Positions 43,428 to 57,480 of a stretch of DNA of 64,000 nt are shown piece by piece. The notes below the pieces were generated by a model. That model made no database searches. It was given only the letters and a program-made list of their open reading frames with translations, and was not told where the DNA came from. Each line of letters opens with the position of its first letter. Within the stretch, counting starts at the first letter, position 1. The stretch lies in assembly GCA_964016885.1 (NCBI GenBank), contig OZ024743.1, forward strand, positions 89,714,001 to 89,778,000. The letters run 5' to 3'. The position numbers and the translations under genes are program-made. This DNA comes from Eledone cirrhosa (Eukaryota).

Positions 43428-46400
43428 TATCTCCCTTTCGTTGTTATATCAAGTTAAGAAGGGCTAACTACGGGGTTAATATCTCTCTTTCGTTGTTATA
43501 TCAAGTTAAGAAGGGCTAACTACGGGGTTAATATCTCTTTCGTTGTTATATCAAGTTAAGAAGGGCTAACTACGGGGTTAATATCTCTTTCGTTGTTATA
43601 TCAAGTTAAGAAGGGCTAACTACGGGGTTAATATCTCTCTTTCGTTGTTATATCAAGTTAAGAAGGGCTAACTACGGGGTTAATATCTCTTTCGTTGTTA
43701 TATCAAGTTAAGAAGGGCTAACTACGGGGTTAATATCTCTCTTTCGTTGTTATATCAAGTTAAGAAGGGCTAACTACGGGGTTAATATCTCTTTCGTTGT
43801 TATATCAAGTTAAGAAGGGCTAACTACGGGGTTAATATCTCTCTTTCGTTGTTATATCAAGTTAAGAAGGGCTAACTACGGGGTTAATATCTCTCTTTCG
43901 TTGTTATATCAAGTTAAGAAGGGCTAACTACGGGGTTAATATCTCTCTTTCGTTGTTATATCAAGTTAAGAAGGGCTAACTACGGGGTTAATATATCTCT
44001 TTCGTTGTTATATCAAGTTAAGGAGGGCTAACTACGGGGTTAATATCTCTCTTTCGTTGTTATATCAAGTAAAAAAGGGCTAACTACGGCGTTAATATCT
44101 CTCTTTCGTTGTTATATCAAGTTAAGAAGGGCTAACTACGGGGTTAATATCTCTTTCGTTGTTATATCAAGTTAAGAAGGGCTAACTACGGGGTTAATAT
44201 CTCTCTTTCATTGTTATATCAAGTTAAGAAGGGCTAACTACGGGGTTAATATATCTCTTTCGTTGTTATATCAAGTTAAGGAGGGCTAACTACGGGGTTA
44301 ATATCTCTTTCGTTGTTATATCAAGTTAAAAAGGGCTAACTACGGGGTTAATATCTCTCTTTCGTTGTTATATCAAGTTAAGAAGGGCTAACTACGGGGT
44401 TAATATCTCTCTTTCGTTGTTATATTAAGTTAAGAAGGGCTAACTACGGGGTTAATATATCTCTTTCGTTGTTATATCAAGTTAAGGAGGGCTAACTTCG
44501 GGGTTAATATCTCTCTTTCGTTGTTATATCAAGTTAAGAAGGGCTAACTACGGGGTTAATATCTCTCTTTCGTTCTTATATCAAGTTAAGAAGGGCTAAC
44601 TACGGGGTTAATATCTCTCTTTCGTTCTTATATCAAGTTAAGAAGGGCTAACTACGGGGTTAATATCTCTCTTTCGTTGTTATATCAAGTTAAGAAGGGC
44701 TAACTACGGGGTTAATATCTCTCTTTCGTTGTTATATCAAGTTGAAAAGGGCTAACTACGGGGTTAATATATCTCTTTCGTTCTTATATCAAGTTAAGGA
44801 GGGCTAACTTCGGGGTTAATATCTCTCTTTCGTTGTTATATCAAGTTAAAAAGGGCTAACTACGGGGTTAATATCTCTCTTTCGTTGTTATATCAAGTTA
44901 AGAAGGGCTAACTACGGGGTTAATATCTCTCTTTCGTTGTTATATTAAGTTAAGAAGGGCTAACTACGGGGTTAATATATCTCTTTCGTTGTTATATCAA
45001 GTTAAGGAGGGCTAACTACGGGGTTAATATCTCTCTTTCGTTCTTATATCAAGTTAAGAAGGGCTAACTACGGGGTTAATATCTCTCTTTCGTTGTTATA
45101 TTAAGTTAAGAAGGGCTAACTACGGGGTTAATATATCTCTTTCGTTGTTATATCAAGTTAAGGAGGGCTAACTACGGGGTTAATATCTCTCTTTCGTTCT
45201 TATATCAAGTTAAGAAGGGCTAACTACGGGGTTAATATCTCTCTTTCGTTGTTATATCAAGTTAAGAAGGGCTAACTACGGGGTTAATATCAGTCTTTCG
45301 TTGTTATATCAAGTTAAGAAGGGCTAACTACGGGGTTAATATCAGTCTTTCGTTGTTATATCAAGTTAAGAAGGGCTAACTACGGGGTTAATATCTCTCT
45401 TTCGTTGTTATATCAAGTTAAGAAGGGCTAACTACGGGGTTAATATCAGTCTTTCGTTGTTATATCAAGTTAAGAAGGGCTAACTACGGGGTTAATATCA
45501 GTCTTTCGTTGTTATATCAAGTTAAGAAGGGCTAACTACGGGGTTAATATCTCTCTTTCGTTGTTATATCAAGTTAAGAAGGGCTAACTACGGGGTTAAT
45601 ATCAGTCTTTCGTTGTTATATCAAGTTAAGAAGGGCTAACTACGGGGTTAATATCAGTCTTTCGTTGTTATATCAAGTTAAGAAGGGCTAACTACGGGGT
45701 TAATATCTCTCTTTCGTTGTTATATCAAGTTAAGAAGGGCTAACTACGGGGTTAATATCTCTCTTTCGTTGTTATATCAAGTTAAGAAGGGCTAACTACG
45801 GGGTTAATATCTCTCTTTCGTTGTTATATTAAGTTAAGAAGGGCTAACTACGGGGTTAATATATCTCTTTCGTTGTTATATCAAGTTAAGGAGGGCTAAC
45901 TACGGGGTTAATATCTCTCTTTCGTTCTTATATCAAGTTAAGAAGGGCTAACTACGGGGTTAATATCTCTCTTTCGTTGTTATATCAAGTTAAGAAGGGC
46001 TAACTACGGGGTTAATATCAGTCTTTCGTTGTTATATCAAGTTAAGAAGGGCTAACTACGGGGTTAATATCAGTCTTTCGTTGTTATATCAAGTTAAGAA
46101 GGGCTAACTACGGGGTTAATATCTCTCTTTCGTTGTTATATCAAGTTAAGAAGGGCTAACTACGGGGTTAATATCAGTCTTTCGTTGTTATATCAAGTTA
46201 AGAAGGGCTAACTACGGGGTTAATATCAGTCTTTCGTTGTTATATCAAGTTAAGAAGGGCTAACTACGGGGTTAATATCTCTCTTTCGTTGTTATATCAA
46301 GTTAAGAAGGGCTAACTACGGGGTTAATATCAGTCTTTCGTTGTTATATCAAGTTAAGAAGGGCTAACTACGGGGTTAATATCAGTCTTTCGTTGTTATA

Positions 46401-46746
46401 TCAAGTTAAGAAGGGCTAACTACGGGGTTAATATCTCTCTTTCGTTGTTATATCAAGTTAAGAAGGGCTAACTACGGGGTTAATATCTCTCTTTCGTTGT
46501 TATATCAAGTTAAGAAGGGCTAACTACGGGGTTAATATCTCTCTTTCGTTGTTATATCAAGTTAAGAAGGGCTAACTACGGGGTTAATATCTCTCTTTCG
46601 TTGTTATATCAAGTTAAGAAGGGCTAACTACGGGGTTAATATCTCTCTTTCGTTGTTATATCAAGTTAAGAAGGGCTAACTACGGGGTTAATATCTCTCT
46701 TTCGTTGTTATATCAAGTTAAGAAGGGCTAACTACGGGGTTAATAT
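43423..46746. repeat. 52-bp tandem satellite, about 64 copies
   Basis: Unit GTTAATATCTCTCTTTCGTTGTTATATCAAGTTAAGAAGGGCTAACTACGGG. 50-bp variants occur in the 5' part. Confidence 0.97.
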
Positions 46747-47330
46747 CGCCACCTTTCAGCTTCTAAAAGATTAATAATTTCATCTCATTCATTTTCTGTA
46801 TTTTTTATCCATTCAGCTCCCATATATTTGTATATATGTTCCAGTTCAGCACTCCAAATTCAAATTCTGCCGGTGTAAACATTGTATTTCATCCTTCCGG
46901 GATCACCACAGTTCTATGTATATTACTGTTAATTGAAACCATCTAATTACCGAGAAACATTTCTGAGAGAGAGAGAGTTGAACCTAGCTGAGGGTATTAA
47001 TATTGGTGCAGGCGAACCAATCTTCACAGAGAACAATAAGTTGAGGGAGGCTGATATAAGTAACATGAAAATATGTAATGTTCATGAGGAGATATTCACA
47101 ACTGATATGCACTAGAAAGGTCGCTAGAACAACGAACATTTATAAACAAGACTCCAATACTATACAAAGGCGTACAGAAATGCAAACACACACACCTCTA
47201 CACACACACCTCCACACACACACGTCTACACACACACACGCGCACGCACACACACACCCTCCCTCCACCTCTCACACACATGTTTATCCACAGTGGTAAA
47301 CAAAATTCTTAGACAGCTTTTGGTTTATGC

Positions 47331-47637
<307 letters not shown>

Positions 47638-48744
47638 TAAGATGATATCAAAGAGGTAAGTTGATGGTAACTCAATATCTGTGAGACCTAAGAAGTCCCT
47701 GCCTGATGGAGTCTTTTATTGGGACATATTTTCTAACAATATACCAATGCACCATCTTACCATCGTCAGACACAGTAACCTATTGCCACTTACTATAGAA
47801 ATATGTACAACAACCTGCCCGAGACGCTAACACTCTGAAAACCAGATGATAATAAGCAATGCATCCTGTTTGATTCCACGATATACTTGGAAAGGAACTA
47901 ACAGCTGATAAAGTCGTAGGGTCACCGTCATGACATACAGCGTGTCTTGGACATTAAAAAAAACCCTGGTGGAGTCTAAACTCCTGTCCAGGTCAGAACA
48001 AGGCTGATTTCTCTCAAAGATCGAGATAAAGGAAGTGAGGGGGAGATACAATGAACGTATTGATATCGAAAGGATAAAAGGCAAAGTTAACCGTAGCGGG
48101 TTTTGAACTCACAGCGCAGTGAACCGGAACAAAAACCGCAAAGCTTTCTATCCGACGTTCTAATGGCTCTGACAATTCGTAGTCTTAACATACAAAATAC
48201 AATTTTACTTTCAATATGTACTTTTCTGTTTAGCTATTTAATTTCCTTTCTTCTCTCACTCTCACTTTTTTCCCTTCTCTTCCTGTATCTGGCTTTCACT
48301 CACTTATTTCTATTCTCTCATTCACCTTGTTTGTACTAAACACACAAAGACAGACAAATAAATACGTCTTTGTGTACACAACCTCTCCATTTCTGTGACC
48401 AACAGTTTGTATGAGAAACTAGTCATAACTAGAAAAGTAAACGGAAAGCTAAATACAGTTTGACCTTTGCGTATGATAAAATAAAATTCGTCGAAATACC
48501 GGCAGGATCAGGTCCCTCCTCAAATCTATTTATGAGTCATAATTTAATGTGATTCCAAGCATGACAATATAATTAATAGCATTGTTAAATGCCCCTTTTG
48601 ACTGTACTGTATTTTTAAGGGTTATATGACGTTTGGGGAAAAGAATTATTGTAGTATTTAAGGTTTTCATTGAAATAAAAAAAAAAAAACATGTGGTAAT
48701 GTTGCGAACGCGTTAGCTTGCCTCAAAGTGTTCTATTGACCCTT

Positions 48745-50610
48745 ATAATTGTTTCTACTTTTGGCACAAGGCCAGCAATTATCCCAGTGTATTCCTGGTA
48801 CTTTATGTTATCGACCCTGTAAGGATGAAAGGCAAAGTTAAATTCGGCGGGATTTGAACTCAGATCATAAAGGGCCGTAACTCTTTGCTGCAAGCATGGC
48901 CTCCGACCCTCTACCGATACTGCCAATCCACCGCCAATCCACCGATTGTCACCCTTAGTGGTGAATTGATGCTCGTTTTAGTTTTTGGTTTTGCTTCCCC
49001 CGTTTTTTTTCTTTTTTGTTTTCTCACTCTTTTATGCTTTTATATTTGTGTTTATCAACGACATTATATTTGTATAAAGAGCGGAGGATTGGCAGTATCG
49101 GTAGAGGGTAGAATTGTGAGCAATTTATGTTATTTATACAATTGTAATGTTATTTATGTAATTGTAATGTTATTTATGTATTTGTAATGTTATTTATACA
49201 ACTGTGAATTTTTCCAATTATAATTAAACACAATGTGAAGTTGAGAAGAATAAAAATAAAATAAAAATTAGTTATCTTCAAAACCTACAAAATCCTCGTC
49301 TATTATTTAGGCTGATAAGGGCGGTAAATTGGCAGTATTGGTAGAGTCGGACACCATGTTTTTCAGCATAGAGTTAAGGTCCTTTGCGGCCTAAGTTCAA
49401 ATCCCGCCGAGGTTAACTTTGCCTTTCATTCTTACAGGGTCGATAAAATAAAGTACCAGTAACTTACTGGGGACGATTCAATCGACCTTCCCCTTCGCCA
49501 AAATTGCTGGCCTTGTGCCTATATAAGAAACCATTATTTAGGCTGATAAAATAAATTATTATTTAGAATTGATTCGTTTGTTTGTTGTTTGTTTTTGTTT
49601 TTTTGTGGGTTTTTTTACGAATTAGGGAGTAATGTAAATATTTATGATTTTAGAAAAGAATGACGCTATTTGTGAAGTATTAAAATAAAGGTGGCGGATT
49701 GACAGCATTGTTAGAGCGTTGCATGGAAGACAGGCAGCTTTTATCTGCCTGGTAGTCATGACGAAAGAGAATGTGTGGTGGATATGTCTGAAATGTTTGA
49801 AGACAAACACTTTCCCCTTCGGCGAAGTACTAATTAACTTTTTCAGGTTTTACCCGAAGAGAAAAGTCGGGATGGAGATGGAAAAGTTGCCTTCCAACCA
49901 CTTTGTTGAAAGATGGGTGAGAGAGGCGAGTATGGTCCGAGTGAATGAGCCTACTCTGTGCATGCGAGACATCTGAGAGAGGGTGCTTGTCCTAGCGGTT
50001 ACATTTACCGTGGCTTTTTGTGGGCTTGCTCCATGAGTGACCCTCGGAGGTATGCCCACTTTTGAGGAATTTGTTTTATTTTTAAATGATTAATTTTTAA
50101 TCTTCTTTAAAAACTTTTCTCCCAGACGAAAAACCCACATTGTACCCCTCCTTACCGTCTTTATTGCCCTCTTTATGTAATCCCGGTGTTGCTAATAAAG
50201 AAACGATTATTATTAATATTATTTAAGGGCAGTGAATTAGTAGTAGAATCGGTAATATGCTTTGCGGCATAGAGTTGTGGCCCTATACGTTCTGAGTTCA
50301 AATCCTGCCGAGGTTAGCTTTGCATTTCATCCTGACGGGGTCGATAAAATAAAGTACCAGTAATGCACTGCGATCAGTTTAATCGACTTTTCTCTTCCCT
50401 TCAAATTGTTGGCTTTCTGTCAGATGTAGAAAACAATTATTTACGTTCTGAGTTCAAATCCCGCCAAACTCTTCAGCTTTGCCTTTTATCCTTGCGGAGT
50501 CAGTAAAATAAACAAAACAGTCATGCACAGGGGTCGATTTCATTGAATTTACCGTTGCTACCTTCCTCCCCAAAAGAAAATTGCTGGGATTGGGCCTAAA
50601 TTAGAAACCT
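48745..50610. mobile_element. Region containing Meta-like SINE copies (48745-48945 minus; 49319-49540, 50226-50440 and 50441-50610 plus)
   Basis: Consensus A/B-box, core and tail motifs. Confidence 0.8.
49700..50205 (+). pseudogene. Tx1/L1-like LINE 3' end
   Basis: ORF 49719..49976 reads KENVWWICLK...FVERWVREA. AATAAA at ~50194. Homolog of 21170-21665. Confidence 0.6.
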
Positions 50611-50952
50611 TCAATTAAGTATTAAAGTACTATGAATGTCTTAAATATAAAATCAGGGTTGCCAAATCAATGTTAACTGATTGGTGATTGTCTCCCATCT
50701 ATAACATTGAAAAATAAATAGATTGTGTATAAAAAAAAACATTCATATAAAGTAGCAGAAAATTTTCAAAAATGTAGTGGTTTTGTGTTAAAAATGAAGT
50801 TTGCTGCTAAAGTATTAAAACATAAATACACTCACCCCATGTGGTAACTTATGTTTCGTTTGATTTTTTTAAAAGAAAATTCTTTGTTTATCTGTGTTTT
50901 AAACATTACAATACTGCAGTAAATGAATAAATTCACAAACACACACACACGC

Positions 50953-51032
<80 letters not shown>

Positions 51033-52237
51033 TTGAAAAATGAACAAACAAACATAGGAAGCAATTTTTAAAGTTATATTAGGTTCATGTATATATATAT
51101 ATACAACGCACACGCACACGCACACACACACACACACACATATATTAGGATTGTTTGTTGGTCGGTTTTAATTTACTTAGTTGATAATTTAATATGAAAT
51201 TCAATAAGATTCTTATCTTCAAAAATTTATATTTTAATGCATCAAGTATTTTTTTTCCTTCTCGCTGGGAGTAAAATCAGAGCAGAGTCTGTTTTGTCCT
51301 TCATGTTTTATCTTATTTCCTAAAATTGACAAAAGTTTCGCTTACATATTGTGGTATACAATCGGTGGACCTTAGTCGGTTTCTACGATGAGTGTTGCTC
51401 TGTTTCGGTCAACGGAACAACTTGATCCTGAAATTAGCACATAAATGCCTGAGCATTCCACAGACACGTGTATCCTTAATGTACTTCTCAGAGAAATTCT
51501 GCATGACACAGTGTATGATGTGTGACAAGACAGGCTCTTTGAATTACAAATATAATCCGTCTGACGGGCTTCCAAACAGTTTCCTTCTACCCAATTTCAC
51601 TCACAGAGCATGGGTTGTATATAAATTTTTGTCTATAAATTTTACTGAATGGACAAAAATATTAACGGAGCAGATTGTAGCGTCCTAAAACGTTTAAGGG
51701 GCATACACCTAACAAAAAAATTAAAAGATAGTGTGTAGTCCTGAAATGTAGTGTAATTCACTACTTGTGGCCTAACCAGGTAACTCTATTAAGTGTGCTG
51801 TGTGTATATAGATCCGTAACTTCTAGTGAAATCGTAGAGGTGCCACAGTGACACACATCATGTCTTATCCACTTTAAACCCGGAGGAACACACCCTCTAT
51901 CCAGGTTTCAGCACAGCCGAATTCTTCCATAGAAGGAGAGAAAGAATGACAGACTGGACTGGTACTATTTTATCAACCTCGAAATGTTGAAAGGCAAAGT
52001 TGACTTCGGCAGGATATGAATTCAGAGCGCAGAAAGCTGAAACGAATATTGCAACGTATTTTATCCGACATTCTAACGACTAAACTATTTCGCGGCCTTA
52101 GTACACAAAAACCAATGTTATTTGGTTGAAATTGTTTTAGGAAAACTAATACAATGCGAATTAGAAATACAGATTTGAAAACGGAAATAGTAAGCAAAAC
52201 AAGATAACGACTCACAACAGCCCGCACCCCCATCACA

Positions 52238-52283
<46 letters not shown>

Positions 52284-52285
<2 letters not shown>

Positions 52286-52858
52286 GTCCCTTTACGATCT
52301 GAGTTCAAATCCCGCCGAGGTTAACTTTGCCTTTCATCCTTACGGGGGTCGATAAAATAAAGTACCAGTAATGTACTGGTTAATTGCTGGCCTTGTGCCA
52401 AAAGTAGAAACAATTATTATTATTATTATTTGGATTGACAGAATCGATAGCCTGCCGGACAATATGCTTTGCAGTATTTAATTGCGATATTTTTAACGTT
52501 CAAATCCCGCCGAGGTTAGGTTTGTCGTTTATCCTTACGGGGTCGATAAAATAAAATATCAGTAATGCACTGAAGTCGATTTAATCGACTTTCCCCTCCC
52601 CCAAATTTACTGGTCTTGTGCTTAAATCAGAAACCATTATTATTTGGATTGGTAGTATCGATAAAGCGTCGGATACATTGCTTCGCGACATAGAGTTATG
52701 GTCCTTTACGTTCTGAGTTCAAATCCTGCCGACGTTGGCTTTGCCTTTCATCTTTATGGGGTCGATAAAATAAAGTACCAGTAATGCACTGGATTCGATT
52801 TAATCGACTTTCCTCTCCAAAAATTGCTGGCTTTGTGTCTAAAGAGGAAACAATTATT
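52284..52858 (+). mobile_element. Three tandem SINE copies in a (TTA)n tract
   Basis: Copies at 52284-52420, 52430-52640 and 52645-52858, preceded by (ATT)n at 52240-52283. Confidence 0.85.
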
Positions 52859-52914
52859 CTAAGTTTGCTCAGTTCATTCACTGGTGAGGATATTTAATCT
52901 CCCAGTCATGTCAA

Positions 52915-53230
52915 ATGACCTTAGATTACGCAGAATGTTCGCAGTTTCTAACAAAGCAGATATTTGTTGAGTAGTTATATTTGGTGAAATTGACCGATCC
53001 TAATACTCCTATCACTATTGGTATCGTTTTCGTGTTTTGTCCCACACCCTAATCATTTCAACACTCAATTCAGCGTAGTCATCAATCTTTTTCGTTTTCT
53101 TTCTCTGTGATAAAATAATCCCCTGGTACGACGACATCAATTATCCAACACTTGGTCTCATTCTTATCCTCCAAAATGATGTCATGCTTTCTATGTTGAA
53201 TAATTCAATCTGTTTGAATCATAAAATCTC
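52915..53230 (-). pseudogene. R4/Dong-type RLE remnant
   Basis: Fragments read HRKHDIILEDKNETKCWIIDVVVPGD, IDDYAELSVEMIRVW, PIVIGVLG and SALLETANILR. Confidence 0.7.
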
Positions 53231-53325
53231 ACAAGATTTTGGCATTTTCATTTTCAATCACTTTTTTCTGATTTGTGCTGTGCTGGTAACATTTTGGAAA
53301 AGTTACAAAGCCTTTCCTGCTAGCA

Positions 53326-53367
<42 letters not shown>

Positions 53368-53461
53368 GTGGGATACTGGAAGGTAATATCCGTAGAGGTA
53401 GAGCACTCAGTCCAAGGGACGAGTTAGGTAGAAGTGGTTATACAACAGTTAGTTCACCATA

Positions 53462-53501
53462 CCGAGAACAATTGTTTCACCTTCGCGGATCTTCAGCTCG
53501 G
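53462..53501 (-). ncRNA. Compact 40-nt type-I hammerhead in family F cassette (~53364-53680)
   Basis: Minus strand: CCGAG-CTGAAGA-T-CC-GCGAA-GG-T-GAAA-C-AATT-GTT-CTCGG. The tail runs into (TA)n at 53363. Confidence 0.75.
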
Positions 53502-53899
53502 GATGTGTATGGTTATAGGAACAGGAAGGACAACCGTAAGAACGCGCATGCGCAGAAACTCGGTCACTTCACACAGGCAATACTAGACTGCGTGCGAGTG
53601 GTGTAAGGGAGATAACTGCGAAAGTCCGGAAAGTTTTTAGGCTGAAAATAAAATTAAAAAATTAAATAATAAAATTACAAAGAATCAGTCCGGAGCCTTG
53701 TAGTTATGCAATAGATGTTTGGTGACGTGTGGACAACGTGTGAAAAATTCACTCCTCGTGTTTAGGCAATCACTATTGCATAATCTCTTCAATACATAAG
53801 CCACACGTCGGATTTCCCCTTGCGTATGGCTTCGTTGTGACGCTTTTTTAATCCTTTTACACGAGCATTATGTCTAAAGTAGAAACAATTATGTCTTCG

Positions 53900-54970
53900 T
53901 CTTTACGATCTGAGTTCAAATCCCGCCGAGGTTGACTTTGCCTTTCATCCTTACGGGGTCGATAAAATAAAGTACCAGTAATGAACTGGGTAATTGCTGG
54001 CCTTGTGCCTAAAGTAGAAACAATTATGTATTCGTCTTAGTTTTAGGTCCTCCTATGCCCTGGGATATATTGAGCAATGGGTCTTCTCTAATTATACGGT
54101 CAGCTGCGGCATCTTGCGTAGTTTCCTAGTCCTGTCCAATCCTCTGGAAATCTTCTCTGAAAATTGAGCGCCAGGTTCACTTGCCCCCTTCCCCCTTCCC
54201 ACGTGCACCGACTGGGATCCATCTCATTGCCACGGAGCGGTTTCAGTACTCAGACATGCGCAGAATGTGTCCAGCCAGCCCCAGGCGCCCCCTCCACGAT
54301 TATGTAAGCACTCACCCTACACTTTTCTGAATCCCTCTGACTGTAAATGCTATGCTGTACTGAGTTTATGTTCAGTGCCTGGTCTTAGGCTGCTATAAGC
54401 AAACTTTCCTTCAAATCTCCTCTAGTTAGCTTATATCATGATTTTCTTGTCTTAATTTCCTTATTATCATTGTGGATTGGCAGTATCGGTAGAGCATCGA
54501 ACAACATGCTTTGCGTCATATAGTTACGTCACTTTACGTTTTGATCTCAAATCCCGCCAAGGTTAGCTTTGCCTTTCATCCTTACAGGGTCGATAAAATA
54601 AAATACAAGTCATGCACTGGGGTCGATTTAATCGACTTTAGCGCCCCCCCCCCCCCGCAAAATTGCTGGCCTTGTGCCTAAATCAGAAACCATTATTATC
54701 ATTAGTATTATCTGAGTATGAGATTGTAATCACCAAAGAATGAGTCCTCGATAGGTAAACATAGAGTGTAACATATTACAGGGCGGTGGATTGGCAGTAT
54801 CGGTAGAGGGTCGGACGCCATGCTTTCCAGCATAGTTACGTCCCTTTATGATCTGAGTTCAAATCCCGCCGAGGTTGACTTTGCCTTTCATCCTTACGGG
54901 GTCGATAAAATAAAGTACCAGTAATGCACTGGGTAATTGCTGGCCTTGTGCCTAAAGTAGAAACAATTAT
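53900..54970 (+). mobile_element. Meta-like SINE copies (53900-54027, 54472-54700, 54781-54970) around an RTE-like remnant (~54030-54330, minus)
   Basis: SINE consensus. The minus strand of the intervening DNA reads RRLGLAGHILRMSEY..AMRWIPVG. Confidence 0.75.
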
Positions 54971-55835
54971 ATCAGTTTCTCGATGCTAGCCAGAACGGTG
55001 ATAATATCAACTAGCATCCCGAAACTCTTAGTACCTAGGAAAATATATGCCAGTTTGCTATGTGTTCAGTATGATATAGTATATTATAACATAATACAAT
55101 ATATAGTATGTATGTATGTTAAGTCAGGTCTCTCTTCAGAGCTACTGGTAACATGTAACCTAGTACAACCTGTGCATGGTCGGGTTGGCAGCGACTAAAC
55201 CGGAAACCCCACCAAGCATGCTTGATGAGGACGGTGAATTTTGGACACCCTGCAGGATGAAAAACAAAACCCGTTAAAGGGCAGAGGAGCTCAGAAGAGT
55301 CGACGGCCATCCAATAAAGTAATTTTTTGTGAAGCGAGAGACTCCTAGTCTTCTTTAAGACATCTTTCTAGGAGAAGGTCACTCTGATAAAAGGTCTGCG
55401 ACTTCGTTTTCATCCAATGAAGTAGACCAGTTCTACTTTTGAGGCAAATCCTTTTGATGTTCAGAGAGTGGGATTGACCCCGTGCAAAGCCTTTCCCCAC
55501 TTGAAAAAATTCAATCACAGGCATTGCTTCATATGTGATATTTTTTGCGATGCATGGTATTGCTGGCCATAGTCTAGTCCCTAGAAGATCTAAAATGCCA
55601 CGTCTGTGATACTCTTGCTTAAGTATCAAGCGATAGCATTACTTGAAATCGAGTTTCAGCCATCATGTATGTATGTCTATCATATATAGAGAGAGAATAA
55701 TTAAAATTTCCTACACTTAACATGTACGCGCGACCTTAGGTTTCGCGGTCCAGTTATGGCCACCACTGTATTGTGAAGGAGCCGTTCTAATACTGGCTTT
55801 CCATCGGGCGCTCGGATAACCTGTATATATATATA

Positions 55836-56298
55836 GTGTCAGCAGTTCTCTTTACATGCCAACACAAGAGCAAGAATGAGGGGCTCATTCTACTGACATG
55901 GCTTTAAAAATGAGGCCTGTTTGCATAATTACAAACGAATCGAATATTATTATAAATATTCGAAAAACTCAGATTACATTTATTGTATTCAGCCACGTAG
56001 AGCGAAAATTATGCAAATCTGGCTGAGCAGTGGATCTGGTAATATGCAAATCAGGCGCATCAGTCACTGTATATTTTAGGAAATATCATATTTTCACTAG
56101 CTCTGACAGTTGGCAGGTGAACAGTGAACCGTACTGATGAAGGGTAATACCCCGAAACATTAGTTCTGTTTACATGCCAACACAAGAGCAAGAATGAAGG
56201 GCTCATTCTACTGACATGGCTTTAAAAATGAGGCTCGTTTGCATAATTACAAACGAATCGAATATTATTATTAATATTCGAAAAGCTCAGATTACATT

Positions 56299-56303
<5 letters not shown>
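55836..56303 (+). mobile_element. TA-embedded cassette with 140-bp direct repeats and a hammerhead-like motif at the repeat boundary
   Basis: 55844-55984 is nearly identical to 56162-56303. CTGATGA-A-GGG-TAATAC-CCC-GAAA-C-ATTA-GTT at 56134-56165. Confidence 0.7.
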
Positions 56304-56388
<85 letters not shown>

Positions 56389-56443
56389 TGATTTAAAACT
56401 GCACTATTCACAAGTGTGTTTTAACCTTCATATCATGTCTCCC

Positions 56444-56514
56444 TATTTTATCTGACGAAAACGCAAATGTTATTGCATGATGATATTTGTTTTTGAAATG
56501 CGCATAATAAAATA
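56444..56514 (+). ncRNA. Type-I hammerhead ribozyme in family C cassette (56390-56640)
   Basis: TATTTTAT-CTGACGA-AAA-C-GCAAATGTTAT..ATGATATTTGT-T-TTT-GAAA-T-GCGC-ATA-ATAAAATA. Confidence 0.82.
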
Positions 56515-56638
56515 CATGGAACTCTTTTAACCATCTTTTGATTTTATATATTATTTATACTCTAGTCCTACAAACTGTAGAGTGCTACTTATCCGATATC
56601 TGCATTGCTTTATTGTACTACAATAAAACTCACCTCCT

Positions 56639-56693
<55 letters not shown>

Positions 56694-56847
56694 GTTTATT
56701 ATAGAAATGGCTTCTACTGGTCTAGAACTGTTTCATTCGAAGTCAACTGTGATATGGTGCTATTTATATGTTTTCTAATATATAATGAGTACCTTAATGT
56801 GGTTACCCCCCGAATGAACCCGACACACACACACACACACACACACA

Positions 56848-56939
<92 letters not shown>

Positions 56940-57156
56940 CACATATATATGTATATATATGTGTGTATATAAGCCTATATACCTATGTACGTAAGTGTGT
57001 GAACAAAATTGTGGAGTCGTGAGTATATCCACGTACAACAAGAACTAGTTAATAACCTCTGGGATATGGGATTATATCAGTAAACACGTTTTACTTACCT
57101 GAATGAACAACTTAACTTTGTTACAATTTCAACACCACACACACACACACACACAT

Positions 57157-57480
57157 ATTAACACAAACTTACACAGACACATAGACATACATACTCACAC
57201 AAACTTACACAGACATACACACACACACATACTAACACAAACTTACACAGACACATAGACATACATACTAACACAAACTTACACAGACATACACACACAC
57301 ACATACTAACACAAACTTACACAGACACATAGACATACATACTAACACAAACTTACACAGACATACACACACACACATACTCACACAAACTTACACAGAC
57401 ATACACACACACACATACTCACACAAACTTACACAGACATACACACACACACATATTAACACAAACTTACACAGACACAC
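57157..57480. repeat. CA-rich minisatellite (~38-bp units)
   Basis: Repeated ACACAAACTTACACAGACA core with alternating spacers. Confidence 0.85.

Noticed and set aside
43423-46746. CRISPR-like regular array or hammerhead satellite
   Set aside because: There are no unique spacers or cas genes, the context is eukaryotic, and neither strand of the monomer has a CUGANGA core.
55728-55750. Minus-strand GAAA-CC-TAA-GG-TC stem III-like motif between TA tracts
   Set aside because: No upstream CUGANGA core or homolog was found in the window.
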